Assembly: GCF_018350175.1 (NCBI RefSeq)
Contig: NC_058372.1
Coordinates: 18,290,001 to 18,354,000 of the forward strand
Source: Felis catus
Taxonomy: Eukaryota
Reading direction: 5' to 3'
DNA length: 64,000 bases
A model generated the notes under the pieces. It was given only the letters and a program-made list of their open reading frames with translations. It did no database searches and was not told where the DNA came from. Position 1 is the stretch's first letter. The number at the start of each line of letters is the position of its first letter. A program made the translations under genes and the position numbers. Positions 61,905 to 64,000 of this stretch are shown here, piece after piece.

Positions 61905-62255
61905 TCTAGGGAAGCTTGTCCTAAATGAACTTGATCATAAGAATTTCCTGGGATGCTTGCTAAATATGAATATTCCTAGACCATTCCCCTTGAGATTCAG
62001 ATTCACGAGTTCTGGGATGGGGCACTGTGGTCTGTATGTGTTAAAGGACCCTTCTGGGCAGACAAATGTAGGAAATTTGGAACACATGAGATGCTATCGC
62101 AGAGCTTATTGGATGTGTAGATTTCCCAAGGCCACCTAACATCAGATTCAGTAGGCCTACACGGAGGCCCAGGAATCAGCATTCTCAACACTCTCCTGTA
62201 TTCCTCAGGTAGATCTGATGTGGGTGAATCTCTTGTGCGGTTTTAGATATGCTGC
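61905..62255. mobile_element. MER5-family hAT fragments (tandem)
   Basis: agaatttcctgggatgcttgctaaa...gattcacgagttctgggatgggg; gattcagtaggcct...gcccaggaatcagcattctcaaca. Confidence 0.6.
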
Positions 62256-62319
62256 CCCAGGAGAGAAATGATATTTATTAAGGGTCTACTCTGTGCCTGA
62301 TCCAGTCCAAGCTGTTTTA

Positions 62320-62539
62320 TTTCTATTTTTTTTTAACGTTTATTTATTTTTGAGGGACAGAGAGAGACAGAGCGCGAGTGGGGGAGGGGCGGAGAGAGAG
62401 GGAGACACAGAATCCGAAGCAGGCTCCAGGCTCCCAGCTGTCAGCACAGAGTCCGACGCGGGGCTCCAACCCACGAACCGTGAGATCATGACCTGAGCCA
62501 AAGTTGGACGCTTAACTGACTGAGCCACCCAGGGACCTC
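62320..62539 (-). mobile_element. SINEC_Fc
   Basis: Perfect TSD agtccaagctgtttta (62304-62319 / 62541-62556). Confidence 0.95.
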
Positions 62540-62861
62540 AAGTCCAAGCTGTTTTAAAACTTTGAATGCACTCGCTCTCCCCCTTGGCCTTCGGTCCTCT
62601 CAAGCATGACCAGGACCCATGCTGCTCCTCGATGTCTGGTTGTCTGTTGATGTTCTTGGCATCTTTTGTCTTCTTATTTTCACACATTGCCAAGGTCCCT
62701 GAAGTTCTCATGACCAAACCTGCCAACATTATCTATCCTTGCTCTTCTAGACAGTTGAGGTAAAATGGGTATGATGTTGGCTTGTAGATTTCATAGTTTG
62801 AAAAATGATAGCATGTAGATTTTCTAGAAGTGAGCATTGCGCCTCTCTCACATCACATTCA

Positions 62862-63132
62862 TTTATTTGGGTCCTTTCTCTTTTCTTGTTGATAAGTCTG
62901 GCTGGGGGTTTACCACTTTTATTCATTCTTTCAAAGACCCAGCTCCTGGTTTCGTTGATCCGTTCTATTGTTTTTGTTTGTTTGTTTCTGTATCATTTAG
63001 TTCTGTTCTAACTTTATGATTTCCCTCCTTCTGCTGGTTTTAGGCTTTATTTGCTGTTCCTTTTCTAGCTCTTTTAGGTGTAAGGTTAGGTTGTGTATTT
63101 GGGACTTTTCTTGCTTTTTTGAGGCAGGTCTA
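62862..63132 (-). mobile_element. Internal L1 ORF2 fragment (post-endonuclease region)
   Basis: Minus strand reads QEKSQIHNLTLHLKELEKEQQIKPKTSRRREIIK and [17 protein letters not shown]...[15 protein letters not shown]; flanked by ac(a/g)tcacattca. Confidence 0.9.
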
Positions 63133-63399
63133 ACGTCACATTCAAAGGGTATATTCGCCACATGCATTCAGGCTTAAAAGATAGTAGTAACATGTCTTTA
63201 AGTTTGGTTTTTCCAAAGCTGCAGAAACATCTATATTGAGGTTTTATACATCAACCCTTGATAGAGGGTGGTGGTATAGGAGTGAATCTCAATAAAGTCT
63301 ACACAGCTAAGATAGGTTAGACCACACACATCCTAAAACCCAATTCTAAATGGGCTGAAAGGCATTTCTTGACCGAAGGAATTGAGAAGTCCAACATTT

Positions 63400-63795
63400 A
63401 GTGTTAGGAACGCTTTGATAAGCTCCCCAGGTTCATTCCTCTGAGATTCCTTTCACTTTGGCCTTCTCTGTTGGTTGGCTTCCTTCTCATTTTGGATTCT
63501 CCCAGAGCAGAGTAGGGAATGGCTTCAGCAGCTCCCAGCTTTCTGTGTGCAAGCCACACCTTTCCAGAGAAAGAGAGAATTCCTCTTGCTCTAACCACTA
63601 AACAAAATCCAGGACACGTCTATGATTAAGTTAGCTTGGGTTACGCACTCTTACCTGAACTAATAATTAAACTGACTGGCACAGAACCACCAGGATCCAC
63701 CCTGGCGATGGGGCAGGGTGACACCCAATTTTCATGAGTGCCGTTGGGATGAGGTGGAATGGCTGCTTTGAGAAAAACCAACAATGTCCATTCCA
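63400..63795 (-). mobile_element. Probable old MLT1 (J/K-like) LTR fragment
   Basis: atggcttcagcagctcccagct...ccagagaaagagagaattcctctt...gattaagttagcttgggttacgcac. Confidence 0.45.
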
Positions 63796-63904
63796 GAAGC
63801 AGTCTGTTTTATTCTATGACAAGACACTGTGTTCCAGATACGTGGCTCTCTATTTTTCCTACTTTAACAGAGGATGATGGGGGGGGGGGATGCCTTACTA
63901 AAAA

Positions 63905-64000
63905 AGTTAAATTTGAGTACAGGTGACCCACAATGCTACATTAGTTTCAGGCGGACAACGTAGTGATTGCACTTCTCTGTACATCGTGCCAGGCTCATCG
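63905..64000 (-). mobile_element. L1 3' terminus (carnivore-type), continues beyond window
   Basis: acattagtttcaggcggacaacgtagtgatt matches L1 3'UTR end. Confidence 0.7.

Noticed and set aside
3622-62528. Family of similar short ORFs (MAQSVKRPTSAQVMIS...SLEPASDSVSPSLS)
   Set aside because: Translations of Can-SINE bodies, not a gene family.
918-62539. tRNA-like A/B box sequences
   Set aside because: Heads of tRNA-derived SINEs followed by (CT)n and A-tails; no complete cloverleaf gene seen.
1-64000. CRISPR array, numt, non-retroviral endogenous viral element or processed pseudogene
   Set aside because: No regularly spaced repeat-spacer array and no ORF-track peptide recognisable other than L1 and CR1; a tBLASTx search would be needed to exclude highly decayed copies.

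Overview
Mammalian, non-coding genomic DNA from a feliform carnivore, most likely a felid: the window carries about 46 tRNA-derived Can-SINEs of SINEC_Fc type. No intact protein-coding gene, RNA gene or CRISPR array is supported. Content is Can-SINEs (many nested, most with clear TSDs), old and young L1 fragments, L2, MIR, an ancient CR1/L3 fragment, MaLR/ERVL LTRs (MLT1, MLT2), a young ERV1-type solo LTR with a 4-bp TSD, MER5/MER58 DNA-transposon fossils, microsatellites and eight N-runs. SINEs (about 39 minus vs 7 plus) and all recognisable L1s are antisense to the + strand, suggesting the window lies in a very long intron of a + strand gene that I cannot name. Six of the eight N-runs sit in repeat-free, homeodomain/TALE-motif-rich unique DNA and may hide conserved elements or exons. 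Repeat family names are from recalled consensus similarity, not from a database search; boundaries of old repeats are approximate. I did not find a convincingly new biological system.
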